A stretch of 64,000 nt of DNA from Alphaproteobacteria bacterium. Its GTDB lineage: Bacteria > Pseudomonadota > Alphaproteobacteria > JAAXGF01. The position numbers and the translations under genes were made by a program. The stretch covers positions 3,008,001-3,072,000 of the forward strand of contig CAUVXB020000002.1 of NCBI GenBank assembly GCA_963555825.3, written 5' to 3'. Below the pieces are notes generated by a model. The model did not search any database and was not told the DNA's origin. It saw nothing but the letters and a program-made list of their open reading frames with translations. Below are positions 28,783 to 40,264 of the stretch, one piece after another; position 1 is the stretch's first letter; the number at the start of each line of letters is the position of its first letter.

Positions 28783-30177
28783 ATGACGATTCCCGCGAAG
28801 ATACCGATGCCGCGGCTGACGCGTAACCTGTCGGCGCGTCTGCTGGTGCTGACCATCGCCTTCGTCATGCTCGGCGAGGTGCTGATCTACGTGCCGTCGG
28901 TGTCGCGCTACCGCCTGGTGTTCCTGCAGGAGAGGCTGGCCGCCGCGCATGAGGCGACGCTGGCGCTCGAGGCTTCGCCCGACGGAATGATCACGCCCGA
29001 ACTCGAGGCCGAACTGCTGCGCCATGCCCGGGTCCGCTCGATCGCGCTGCGCATGCCCGACGCCGCCTATCTGATGCTCGGCACGCCGCCCGATGTCGAT
29101 GCCGCGTTCGACTTGCGCGAGGAGACCGCGGCCGGCCTGATCCGCGACGCCTTCGTCGCGCTGGCGCAGACCGGCGAGCGCGTGCTGCGCGTCACCGGGA
29201 CGGCGCGTATCGATCCGAAGGTGCTGGTCGACGTGACGCTCGACGAAGCGCCGATGCGCGCCGAGATGTTCGACTATTCGGGCCGCATCCTGATCCTCTC
29301 CATCGTGTTGTCGCTGATGACCGCCTCGCTCGTCTACCTCAGCCTGCACTGGCTGATCGTGCGGCCGATGCGGCGCGTCACGGCGAGCCTGGTGGCCTTC
29401 CGCGAGACGCCCGAAGACACCACGCACGACATGCCGGCGACCGACCGCAGCGACGAAATCGGCGTCGCCCAGCGCGAGGTCACGGTCATGCAGCACGATC
29501 TGCGCGCCGCGCTCAAGCAGCGCGCGCATCTCGCCGCGCTGGGCGCCGCCGTCGGCAAGATCACGCACGACCTGCGCAATATTCTGACCACCGCGATGCT
29601 CGCCTCCGAGCGCCTGGCGCACAGCGACGAACCCGAGATCCAGCGTCAGTCGACCGCGTTGACGACGGCGATCGACCGGGCCGTCGCGCTGTGCGAGGAC
29701 ACGCTGCGCTTCGCGCGCGCGGGCGAGCCCCAACCCAAGCGCGTACGCCTGAGACTCAAGGCCCTGTTCGACGACGTCGGCAAGGCGCTCGCGCTGTCGG
29801 GGCGCGACGCGATCCGCTGGCGCGTCGAAATCGACGACGGCCTCACCGTGACGGCCGATCGCGACCAGCTCTTCCGGGTCGTCTTCAACCTGGGCCAGAA
29901 CGCAGTCGAGGCGATGAACGGCGCCGGCGAGGTGCGCATCGAGGGCCGCCGCGACGAGGACGTCGCCGTCATCGAGTTCGCCGACACCGGGCCGGGCCTG
30001 CCGGACATCGCGCGCGCCCATTTGTTCGAGCCCTTCGCCGGCTCGACGCGGGCCGACGGTACCGGGCTCGGCCTGTCGATCGCGCGCGAGATCATGCGCG
30101 CCCACGGCGGCGACATCCACCTCGTCGCGAGCGACGCGGACGGCACCACCTTCCGCCTCGACCTGCCCGCCGACTAG
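28783..30177 (+). CDS. HAMP-domain sensor histidine kinase
   Basis: Two TM segments, RSDEIG, ITHDLRN H-box, N-box, DTGPG, GTGLGL. Confidence 0.93.
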   Translation: MTIPAKIPMPRLTRNLSARLLVLTIAFVMLGEVLIYVPSVSRYRLVFLQERLAAAHEATLALEASPDGMITPELEAELLRHARVRSIALRMPDAAYLMLGTPPDVDAAFDLREETAAGLIRDAFVALAQTGERVLRVTGTARIDPKVLVDVTLDEAPMRAEMFDYSGRILILSIVLSLMTASLVYLSLHWLIVRPMRRVTASLVAFRETPEDTTHDMPATDRSDEIGVAQREVTVMQHDLRAALKQRAHLAALGAAVGKITHDLRNILTTAMLASERLAHSDEPEIQRQSTALTTAIDRAVALCEDTLRFARAGEPQPKRVRLRLKALFDDVGKALALSGRDAIRWRVEIDDGLTVTADRDQLFRVVFNLGQNAVEAMNGAGEVRIEGRRDEDVAVIEFADTGPGLPDIARAHLFEPFAGSTRADGTGLGLSIAREIMRAHGGDIHLVASDADGTTFRLDLPAD

Positions 30178-30192
30178 GCGGCACGGCGCCAC

Positions 30193-30325
30193 ATGGCACG
30201 CCCCCAGTAATGCCACGCCCCATCATGGGATACGCTCCAATAATGGGGTCAGACACCATTTATGTGTTTGATAAAAATCTAAATAAAGGAGTCTGACCCC
30301 GTTAATTCACTGACCCCATTTATTT
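30193..30325. repeat. AT-rich palindromic island with stacked partial repeats
   Basis: GGGGTCAGACACC (30245) / GGAGTCTGACCCC (to 30300), an extra TGACCCC at 30311, degenerate ATG(G/C)..ACGC.CC units at 30193-30240. Confidence 0.65.
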
Positions 30326-30379
30326 CCATATTTTCGATTTGCCGCGCGAGGCGGATGGATGGTCGCGGCGCGGCGCGGC

Positions 30380-31087
30380 TCAATCGTCGTATTCGTCGTG
30401 GCGGCGGACCCAGTCCATCGGGAAGGCGAGGCCGCTCTCGTCGCGGCCCTTCGGCACCAGGTCGAGCCACTGATAGGCGCCGATCAGCGCGTCGAGGCCG
30501 CGCCCGTAGCTCGAATAGGTGTGGCAGACATCGCCAGCCGCGTTCTTGCTGAAGACGCTCAATCCGGGCGCCTCCTCGACCGGGAACGGACCGCGCGCGT
30601 AGTTGTAGTCGACCGCGCCCGAGGCGATCTCCTCGGCGCTGAACGAGACGTGAAAGTCGCGGTTGAAGTCGCCGCCCAGCGACGACATCCAGGTGAACCG
30701 CCAGCCCATGCGCGCACGGTACGCCTCGAGCGTTTCGAGCGGCGCCCGCGAGACGACGACCAGGGTGACGTCGCGCTGGTTCAGATGGCCGATCGCGCCG
30801 TCGAAGTGGTCGGTGAGGAACGAGCAGCTCGGGCAGCCTGCCTGCCAATCCGGGCCGAACATGAAGTGATAGACGACGAGCTGGCCGCGGCCGTCGAACG
30901 CATCCGCGAGCGTGACCTTGCCGCCCAGGCCATCGAAGACATAAGGCTTCTCGATCTTGACCCAGGGCAGCGCGCGGCGCGCGGCGCTCAGTTCGTCACG
31001 CTGGCGGGTGAACGCCTTCTCCTTGCCGAGCAGCGCCTTGCGCGCCTCGTCCCATTGGTCTCTGGAGACCACCTTGTTTGGCGCCAT
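30380..31087 (-). CDS. DUF899 family thioredoxin-like protein
   Basis: RRALPWV, QLVVYHFMFGP, GCPSCS, VSRAP, HTYS.Y.RG, LDLVPKGRDE, WVRRHDEY. Confidence 0.93.
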   Translation of the reverse strand: MAPNKVVSRDQWDEARKALLGKEKAFTRQRDELSAARRALPWVKIEKPYVFDGLGGKVTLADAFDGRGQLVVYHFMFGPDWQAGCPSCSFLTDHFDGAIGHLNQRDVTLVVVSRAPLETLEAYRARMGWRFTWMSSLGGDFNRDFHVSFSAEEIASGAVDYNYARGPFPVEEAPGLSVFSKNAAGDVCHTYSSYGRGLDALIGAYQWLDLVPKGRDESGLAFPMDWVRRHDEYDD

Positions 31088-31126
31088 GAAGGCCCTCCCA
31101 CTGTTTGGATGGAACAGTATGTGCCG

Positions 31127-32320
31127 TCAATCGAGCCGCAGCGTCAACGATTTGAGATACGCCGTTTCGGGCAGGGCGGCGTGTTGCGGATGGTCGGGCG
31201 CCGCGCCGGCGGCGCGCAGGATGGCGCCCTCGCGACGGGCGTCGGTCAGGCCGCGGCGCACCGCCTCGGCGAAGGCGTCGGCCGCCGCGTTGTACGAGCA
31301 CGACGCGGCGAACAGCACGCCACCCGGCGTCACCAGCCGCGCCGCCAGGCGGGCCATCTTGCGATAGCCCCTCAGGCCCGGCTTGATGTCCTTGCGGCTC
31401 TTGACGAAGGACGGCGGGTCGACGACGACCAGATCGAAGCGTTCGCCGGCGTCGCCAAGGCGTTCCATCTCGCCGAAGGCCTCGGCGCAAACGAAGCCGC
31501 ATCGCGTGGCCAGGCCATTGAGTTCGGCCGATCTCGCACCGAGATCGAGCGCCGCCTGAGAACGGTCGACGGCGGTCACCCGCGCGGCGCCACGGGCGGC
31601 GGCGGCGAGCGCGAAGCCGCCCGAATGGCTGTAGACGTCGAGCAGACGTCGACCGGTCGCCAGCCGCGCGATGAAGGCGCGGCTGTCGCGCTGGTCGAAG
31701 TACCAGCCCGACTTCTGGCCCTCGGCGAGGTCGGCGAGAAAGCGCACGCCGTCCTCGACCAGCTCGATCGGGCCGTCGAGCGCGCCGGCGGCGACGCGGC
31801 TCTCGGGCTCCAGCCCCTCGCGCGTGCGCGCCGGGCTGTCGCCGCGCAGCACGACGGCGCGCGGCGAAAATCGCGCCTCCAGCGCGGCCAGCAGGTCGGC
31901 GAACAGGCGTGTCATGCCGGCGGTGTTGGGCTGGCAGACGAAGACGTCGTCATAGCGGTCGACGATCAGGCCGGGCAGGCCGTCGGCCTCGGCATGGACG
32001 AGCCGGTAGAACGGCGTGTCGAAGAGCCGTTCGCGCAGCGCCAGCGCGGCCTCGATCCGGGCGCCGATGAAGCCCGCGTCGATCGCCGCGTCGACGTCGC
32101 GGCTGAGCAGCCGGCCGGCGATCAGCGAATGAGCGTTGAAGGTCGCGCAGCCGAGCGGCGCGCCGCCGGCGTCGACGATGCGGACGATGTCGCCGGCCGG
32201 CAGCGCCTTGGCCTGGGCGTCGATGCGCAGCTCGTTCGAATAGACCCAGGGGTGACCTTGCCGAAGCCGCTTGGCGTGGCTGGGCAACAGATGGACGGTG
32301 GCTCGGGCGGTGCTGGACAT
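31127..32320 (-). CDS. Class I SAM-dependent rRNA m5C methyltransferase (RlmI-like)
   Basis: GHPWVYSNE, EADGLPGL.VDRY, GQKSGWYFDQR, VVDPPSF, ASCS, ETAYLK. Confidence 0.9.
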   Translation of the reverse strand: MSSTARATVHLLPSHAKRLRQGHPWVYSNELRIDAQAKALPAGDIVRIVDAGGAPLGCATFNAHSLIAGRLLSRDVDAAIDAGFIGARIEAALALRERLFDTPFYRLVHAEADGLPGLIVDRYDDVFVCQPNTAGMTRLFADLLAALEARFSPRAVVLRGDSPARTREGLEPESRVAAGALDGPIELVEDGVRFLADLAEGQKSGWYFDQRDSRAFIARLATGRRLLDVYSHSGGFALAAAARGAARVTAVDRSQAALDLGARSAELNGLATRCGFVCAEAFGEMERLGDAGERFDLVVVDPPSFVKSRKDIKPGLRGYRKMARLAARLVTPGGVLFAASCSYNAAADAFAEAVRRGLTDARREGAILRAAGAAPDHPQHAALPETAYLKSLTLRLD

Positions 32321-32453
32321 GGCGCGCGAGTTTACTGGTAACGCGCCGTCGGGCAAGAACATAGCGCGCGACTCGGCTCGCGGTGACGGCCACCCCTTGG
32401 CTGTCGGCGCGAATCATGTATCATCGCCCGCCTTGCGTCGATGGAGAGGCCGC

Positions 32454-35264
32454 GTGCCCCAGTTGTTGCGTCGATTCGTATCCGGCCGTTACGGTCTCGC
32501 CTGCGGGCTCATGCTGGTTGCCGCCGTCGCCGTCGCGCCGCCGGCCGCCGTTGCCGCAAGCGCCCAGTCCGACAACCACTTCGCGAACGCCGATGGCCTG
32601 ATCCGGGCGGGCGATATCCCGGGCGCCGTGATCGAGCTCGAGAAGGCGATCGACGCCGATCCCGGCAATCTCGAGGCCTGGCTGGCGCTCGGCAAGAGCC
32701 GTATCTGGCTCGGTGCGCCGCGCAAGGCCGAGGCGGTGCTCAACGAAGCGCGCGAGCGCGGCCTCGCCGAGGCGCGCATGATCGTTCCGCTGGCCCAGGC
32801 ACTTTTGTTGCAGGCCAAGTTCGACGAGGTGCTCGGCGACATCCGGAGCGGCAAGCGGGGCGACAAGGTCGAGGGCGAGATCCTGCTGATCCGCGGCCAG
32901 GCGCAGATGAGCCTCGGCCTGATGGACGACGCCGAGGCGTCGCTGCGCCGCGCGACCGGCCTGCGGCCCGACGATCCCCGGCCCAAGATCGTGCTGGCCC
33001 AGCTGCTGATTTCCAAGGGCGCGCTGAGCGCCGCCGAACAGCTCGCCGAAGCGGCGCTCCTGCTGGCCCCCCAGGCGAGCGACGTGTGGGTGCTGAAGGG
33101 CGAGTTGCGGCGACTCGCCGACGACCTCGATGACGCGGTCGCCTACTTCAGCCGCGCGCTCGACATCGACCCGAACGACATGGCGGCGCGCCTCGATCGG
33201 GCGGCCGCCCTGATCGATCTCGACCGCGACGCCGAGGCGGCGTCGGATCTCGAAGCCATCCTGCGCTATGCGCCGGACCACCCGCCGACCCTCTACCTGA
33301 CGGCGCTGCTGGCGGCCAAGCGCAAGGAATACAAGGCAGCCGAGGCGGCGCTCGGCGCGGGCGGACGCCAGCTCCGCGACCATCTGCCGAGCATATTCCT
33401 GCGCGCCTCGATCTTCTATGCCCAGGACCGGCTCGACGAGGCGGCGGCCGAACTGACCCGATACCTGGAAGCGATCCCGGGCCATATCGTCGCGCGCAAG
33501 ATGCTCGGCTCGACTTACATCCGGAAGCAGCGGGCCGACGCGGCGATCGAGACGCTGACGCCGCTCGCGGTCGCCATGCCGAACGATCCACAGACGCTCG
33601 CCTTGCTCGGCGGCGCCTACATGCTCGATGGCCAGTTCTCGAAATCGACGACGTTCTTCGAGCGCGCGGCGGCGGCCGCGCCCGACGCCGGCGCGATCCG
33701 CGCGCAGCTCGGGCTGAGCCGGCTGGCGACCGGCCAATCGAGTCGCGCCGTTGGCGACCTCGAATCGGCCGTCGCGTTGAGCCCGACCAAGTCGCACGCC
33801 GGCATCCTGCTCGCGCTCGTGCATCTCAGGAACCAGGACTTCGACGCCGCGCTCGAAGCGGCCGGCGAGCTGCTTCGGCGCCTGCCGGACAATCCGCTGG
33901 CGCTCAACCTCAAGGGCACGGCCGAACGCGGCAGGGGTGACCTGGCCGCGGCGCGGCGTGACTTCGAGCGCGCGATCGCGCTCGATGCAGACTATCTGCC
34001 GGCGCGCATCAGCATCGCCCGGCTGGCCGCCATCGAAGGCGATGCGATCGGCGCCGAGGAAGGCTTCCAGTCGGTCCTGCAACGCCAGCCCGACCACGTC
34101 GGGGCGATGACCGGGCTGGCTCGTCTGGCGGTCGACGAGGGCCGCGTCAGCGACGCCGTGGTCTGGTTGCAGAAGGCGCGCGACGCCGATCGCCGCGCGG
34201 TCGCGCCACGCCTCGAGCTGATCAACCTGTATCTCGGCCTGCGTGACGGCGCGCAGGCGCTCGACGTCGCGCGCGAGCTCAGGCAAGCGGTCGGCGAGAC
34301 GCCGGAATCGCTCGACGCCCTGGCACGAGCTCGGATCGGCGTCGGCGACGCGACGGGCGCGATCGTGACCTATCGCCGGCTGGTCGCGCTAACGCCCAAG
34401 TCGGCCGAGGTGCTTCACCGTCTTGCCGCCGCGCAGGCCGCCGCCAAGGACGACGCCGGCGCGCGCCGCTCGCTGCGCCAGGCGGTCGACGTCAACCCGG
34501 CCTATGTTCCCGCCCGCGTCGCGTCGATCGAGTTGGAGCTGCGCACCGGGCACCGCGACACGGCGCTCGCCTATGCTCGTGCACTCAGTGCCGAACCGGT
34601 CACAGCCGGGCTCGGCGCCATGCTGGTCGGCGACGTGCTGTTGGATGGCGAACGATACGCCGAGGCCGCCGAGGCCTACGCCCGTGCATCGGCCGCCGCA
34701 CCCAGCGCGCAGATCGCGGTCAGGTTGTTCAACGCACGCAACGCGTTGGGCGATAGTCGAGGCGCGCTGGCGCCGCTCGAGCGGTGGGTCGGCGCCAATC
34801 CCGACGACGACGCGACGCGCTTCCTGCTCGCCACCGCGTTGGTCGATGTCGGTCGCTTCGCGCCGGCGATCGTTCACCACGGAACATTGCTGGCGGGCGA
34901 CCCCGGCAATGCGCTGGTGCTGACCGGACTCGCCGTGGCCTACCATGAAATCGGCGACCGACGCGCCCTCGATTACGCCGAGCGCGCATACGGCATCGCG
35001 CCGCAGCTGGTTTGGACCGCCGATACGCTGGGCTGGATCCTGGTGCGCGAGGGTGAGGCTGAACGCGGCGCGGGCGTGCTGCGCGAGGCCAGCGCCAAGG
35101 TGCCGGGCGAGCCGCGCATCCACTACCGCCTCGCCGTCGCCTTGAACGAGTTGGGACGACCCGATGAGGCGCGGCACGAACTCGAGACGGCGCTCGGCGC
35201 CGACAAGCCGTTCGGTGACGCCGCGGCGGCGCGCAGCCTTCTAAAAAGCCTGACAGGCAGTTAA
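32454..35264 (+). CDS. Large secreted TPR-repeat protein (PrsT-like)
   Basis: Signal-like N-terminus, AVIELEKA, many TPR units, C-terminal DTLGWIL...I.YRLA.AL; GTG start after GGAGAGG (start uncertain). Confidence 0.82.
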   Translation: MPQLLRRFVSGRYGLACGLMLVAAVAVAPPAAVAASAQSDNHFANADGLIRAGDIPGAVIELEKAIDADPGNLEAWLALGKSRIWLGAPRKAEAVLNEARERGLAEARMIVPLAQALLLQAKFDEVLGDIRSGKRGDKVEGEILLIRGQAQMSLGLMDDAEASLRRATGLRPDDPRPKIVLAQLLISKGALSAAEQLAEAALLLAPQASDVWVLKGELRRLADDLDDAVAYFSRALDIDPNDMAARLDRAAALIDLDRDAEAASDLEAILRYAPDHPPTLYLTALLAAKRKEYKAAEAALGAGGRQLRDHLPSIFLRASIFYAQDRLDEAAAELTRYLEAIPGHIVARKMLGSTYIRKQRADAAIETLTPLAVAMPNDPQTLALLGGAYMLDGQFSKSTTFFERAAAAAPDAGAIRAQLGLSRLATGQSSRAVGDLESAVALSPTKSHAGILLALVHLRNQDFDAALEAAGELLRRLPDNPLALNLKGTAERGRGDLAAARRDFERAIALDADYLPARISIARLAAIEGDAIGAEEGFQSVLQRQPDHVGAMTGLARLAVDEGRVSDAVVWLQKARDADRRAVAPRLELINLYLGLRDGAQALDVARELRQAVGETPESLDALARARIGVGDATGAIVTYRRLVALTPKSAEVLHRLAAAQAAAKDDAGARRSLRQAVDVNPAYVPARVASIELELRTGHRDTALAYARALSAEPVTAGLGAMLVGDVLLDGERYAEAAEAYARASAAAPSAQIAVRLFNARNALGDSRGALAPLERWVGANPDDDATRFLLATALVDVGRFAPAIVHHGTLLAGDPGNALVLTGLAVAYHEIGDRRALDYAERAYGIAPQLVWTADTLGWILVREGEAERGAGVLREASAKVPGEPRIHYRLAVALNELGRPDEARHELETALGADKPFGDAAAARSLLKSLTGS

Positions 35265-35293
35265 TCCGCGTCGTCGCCCGGTGCTCCGAGCCC

Positions 35294-35323
35294 CTTGAAA
35301 CAAAGTCCCGTAGCGCCCACTTA
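35294..35323 (+). promoter_or_regulatory. RpoH (sigma32)-type promoter
   Basis: CTTGAA-N16-CCCACTTA upstream of hsp20. Confidence 0.7.
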
Positions 35324-35333
35324 TTCTGTGGTT

Positions 35334-35432
35334 GGAGGCCGAATTCGGCTCCGATCGCGGACCCGGCCGATGAACCGGCGGGCCCGCTGGAAAACCATAG
35401 ATATCGCTTCCTAAGGAGGGTATTGACCCATG
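35334..35432 (+). promoter_or_regulatory. ROSE-like RNA thermometer in the hsp20 5' UTR
   Basis: Two upstream hairpins, then ATATCGCTTCCTAAGGAGGGTAT with the U(U/C)GCU-type motif opposite the SD. Confidence 0.7.
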
Positions 35433-35894
35433 CGTACCTACGATCTGTCTCCGCTATTCCGCTCGTCCGTCGGTTTCGACCGTTGGAGCAATCTGTTCGA
35501 CACCGCGTTGCGCGCGGGCGACAACGGCGTCGGCTATCCGCCCTACAACATCGAGAAGCTGGGCGACGACAGCTACCGCATCACTGTGGCGCTCGCCGGT
35601 TTCGGCGAGGACGACATCGAGATCACCGCGCAGGAGAACCTGCTGGTCGTCGCCGGCAAGCTCGGCGGCGCGCGCCAGGACGGCGCGGCCTACCTCTATC
35701 GCGGCATCGCGACGCGCGCGTTCGAGCGCCGCTTCAGCCTGGCCGATTACGTCGAGGTGACCGGCGCGACGCTGGTCAATGGCGTGCTCACCATCGATCT
35801 CGCACGCGAAGTGCCCGAAGCGATGAAGCCGCGCCACATCGCCATCGCGACGGCGCCGGCCGACAAGGTGATCGAGAGCAAGAAGGCCGCCTGA
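35430..35894 (+). CDS. Small heat-shock protein Hsp20 (IbpA class)
   Basis: PLFRSSVGFD, YPPYNIEK, YLYRGIA.RAFERRF.LA, NGVL.IDL.REVPE. Confidence 0.96.
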   Translation: MRTYDLSPLFRSSVGFDRWSNLFDTALRAGDNGVGYPPYNIEKLGDDSYRITVALAGFGEDDIEITAQENLLVVAGKLGGARQDGAAYLYRGIATRAFERRFSLADYVEVTGATLVNGVLTIDLAREVPEAMKPRHIAIATAPADKVIESKKAA

Positions 35895-35944
35895 CCGGGC
35901 TCGACCACAACAGCCCCGCCCGAAGATCCGGGCGGGCGAACGAC

Positions 35945-35981
35945 GAGGGGCGTCCGCCATGCTTGGACGCCCCTTTCGTTT
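35945..35981 (+). terminator. Rho-independent terminator between hsp20 and groEL
   Basis: GAGGGGCGTCC..GGACGCCCCTT stem followed by TCGTTT. Confidence 0.65.
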
Positions 35982-36067
35982 GGCGGCTGGCTGGCCGACC
36001 GCCGCGCCAACGAAAGAGGGCCGCGCTGGTTGGCGCGGCCCTCGATCGTCGGTGTCGGAAGCTTGGC

Positions 36068-38022
<1,955 letters not shown>

Positions 38023-38082
38023 GTGGATTTCTCCCCTGGTTTTCCCGTGCGGACGGTCGCGGGCGACCGGCCATGCAAATTC

Positions 38083-38109
38083 CCAGCACTCACTCTTGTT
38101 GAGTGCCAA
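38083..38109 (-). promoter_or_regulatory. CIRCE element (HrcA operator)
   Basis: TTGGCACTC-N9-GAGTGCTGG on the minus strand upstream of groES; CTTGAA -35 at 38143-38138. Confidence 0.9.
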
Positions 38110-38401
38110 TCACCAGCTAAGCGTCGAAACTCGCCAATTCAAGGGCTGCTGGTAAAATTTCTCGCCGGTCGAGGAGGGGTGATACGACGGTGCTCCCCAA
38201 AACCCGATGCCGTGACAATTCTTGGTGCCGACAGTCGCGTCCACCGCGCCGGAAGCGATCGACTTTACTCTGGCGAAATCAGCAGCGCTATTGTTCGAGT
38301 GCTAATCTTCACAATAAAATCGACAAAATTATTGCAGTCGAAGCAAGATCACGGCACCATTCAATTCATCGCTTGTCTTGTGTCTGTGGAGGCATCGGCA
38401 A

Positions 38402-38665
38402 ATGAACGACATCGACCTCCAACTCAAGGGATACCGGCTGACGACAGCCGAAATCCTCTACCACATGCCCGACCACCCCGGCCTTCTGCAGACCTTCATC
38501 TGGCAGACCCTCGACATCGAGCCCGACTTTCCGGTGATCCGGCGCTTCCTCGATTACTGGTGCGAATCGATCGAGGCCACGCTTCATTCGGTGCGCGTCG
38601 CCAACGTGTCGATCGTGAAGCCCAGCGAGTTCCGGGCCGTCGGCCACCAGCTCATCCTGCACTAA
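38402..38665 (+). CDS. usg: Usg family protein
   Basis: QL.GY.LTTAEILYHMPDHP.LLQ.FIWQ..D..P.FP....FL..W...IE..LHSV. Confidence 0.92.
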   Translation: MNDIDLQLKGYRLTTAEILYHMPDHPGLLQTFIWQTLDIEPDFPVIRRFLDYWCESIEATLHSVRVANVSIVKPSEFRAVGHQLILH

Positions 38666-38670
38666 GTGGT

Positions 38671-40083
38671 CTATATCGGCGGGCGTTTGTCGGCCCAGGG
38701 GCGGACGCGCTCGAGCGCGGCGCCGATGCGTAGCACCGAGATGTCGTTGTAGCGCCGGCCAACGATCTGCAGCGCCGTCGGCAAACCGTCGGCGGCAAAA
38801 CCCGACGGCACCGAGAGCGCCGGACACTGGCTGACGTAGTTGAACACCTCGGTCATGTCGTAGCCGTGATAGCGGCCGTCGGCGGTATCCACGCCGTAGT
38901 CTTCGTCGCCGGTGCCGACCGGCTTGGCGGGCAGCGCCATGGTCGGGCACAGCAGCGCGTCGTGCCGCTCGAGCACCGGGGCGAGCACCTGCCACTGGCG
39001 CGTGCGGATGAATTCGAGCTTCTTGAAGTCGACCGCGCTCATGGCGAAGCCGGCGTCCATCAGCGCCACCACATTGGGGTCCATCCTGTCGCGCCATGCC
39101 TCGAGGTCGTCGCCGAAAAAGGCCGCGAGGTAGACGCCCCAATGGGCGTGCCAGGCGGCGTTCATCTCGGCGTTCCAGTCGAGTGAGATATCGTGCACCT
39201 CGGCGCCGGCGTCGGCGAGCGCGCCCGCCGCGGCCCGGCAGTTGGCCTCGACGTCCGGATGGAGCGCGTAGTAGCCGAGGTCGGGACACAGCGCCAGGGA
39301 AAGACCCGCGACGTCGTCGGGCGGCGGGATCGGAATGTCGAGCGCCGGCTTGAGCGTCTGGATGTCGCGTTCGTCGGGGCCCTGGGTGACTGACAGGAAG
39401 AGCGCGATGTCCGCAACCGTGCGGCCGAGCGGGCCGAAATGCGAGATTTGGTCGAACTGACTGGGCAGGATCTCGAAGGGGATGCGGCCGAAGCTGGGCT
39501 TCAGGCCGACGATGCCGCAGAGCGCCGCCGGGATGCGCACCGAGCCGCCCATGTCGGAGCCCTCGGCCAAGGGCACGCAGCCCGACGCCACCGCGGCGCC
39601 CGAACCGCCCGATGAGCCGCCGGGCGAGCGCTCGGCGTTCCACGGGTTGCGCGTGATGCCCCAGAGCAGGCTCTCGGTGTAGCTCGAATAGGCGAACTCG
39701 GGCGTCGTCGTCTTGCCGACCATGATGGCGCCGGCGCCGGTGAGCTTCTCGACGATCACCGCGTCGTGGTCGGGCACGTTGTGCTCGTGGATGCGCGAGC
39801 CGAGCGTCGTCGTCTTGCCCTTGGTCGGCGTCAGGTCCTTGATCGCGATCGGCACGCCGTGCAGGGGGCCGAGCGCCTCGCCGGCGGCGACCGCGCGCTC
39901 GGCGGCGCGCGCCTTCTCGAGCGCCTCTTCCGGGTAGGTGAAGCAGAAGCAGTTGAGCGTCGGGTTCACCTCGGCGATACGCGCCAGGCTGTTCTCGATC
40001 ACCGCGACGGGCGACAGATCGCCCGCGGCGATGCGCCGCGCCAACTCGGTGGCGGGGGTGTAGCAGAGGTCAAGATCCGTCAT
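38671..40083 (-). CDS. Amidase signature family enzyme
   Basis: GPLHGVP..IKD, GKTTTPEF, PGGSSGGSGAA, GSDMGGSVRIPA. Confidence 0.95.
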   Translation of the reverse strand: MTDLDLCYTPATELARRIAAGDLSPVAVIENSLARIAEVNPTLNCFCFTYPEEALEKARAAERAVAAGEALGPLHGVPIAIKDLTPTKGKTTTLGSRIHEHNVPDHDAVIVEKLTGAGAIMVGKTTTPEFAYSSYTESLLWGITRNPWNAERSPGGSSGGSGAAVASGCVPLAEGSDMGGSVRIPAALCGIVGLKPSFGRIPFEILPSQFDQISHFGPLGRTVADIALFLSVTQGPDERDIQTLKPALDIPIPPPDDVAGLSLALCPDLGYYALHPDVEANCRAAAGALADAGAEVHDISLDWNAEMNAAWHAHWGVYLAAFFGDDLEAWRDRMDPNVVALMDAGFAMSAVDFKKLEFIRTRQWQVLAPVLERHDALLCPTMALPAKPVGTGDEDYGVDTADGRYHGYDMTEVFNYVSQCPALSVPSGFAADGLPTALQIVGRRYNDISVLRIGAALERVRPWADKRPPI

Positions 40084-40093
40084 GACCGGGAGT

Positions 40094-40234
40094 CTAAAGC
40101 ATATTCCGATCGATCGGAATCGATAGGGATATGCCAGCCCGCGACCGCGGGCCGCCGACCGTTCGGCGAGAGCCCGCGCGGCGATTGAGCGCAGGTCATC
40201 TTTACGGCGTAAAGATGACCGGAAAATGCTCTAG
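40094..40234 (+). repeat. Structured palindromic repeat, copy B (best-preserved ends)
   Basis: Ends CTAAAGCATATTCCG ... CGGAAAATGCTCTAG form an imperfect IR; same core as copies A and C. Confidence 0.85.
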
Positions 40235-40264
40235 AGGAGAAATCCGGGCCAGGGCAATCGGCGA

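Noticed and set aside
30193-30325. CRISPR array
   Set aside because: Units are short, degenerate and lack unique spacers of constant length; no cas genes
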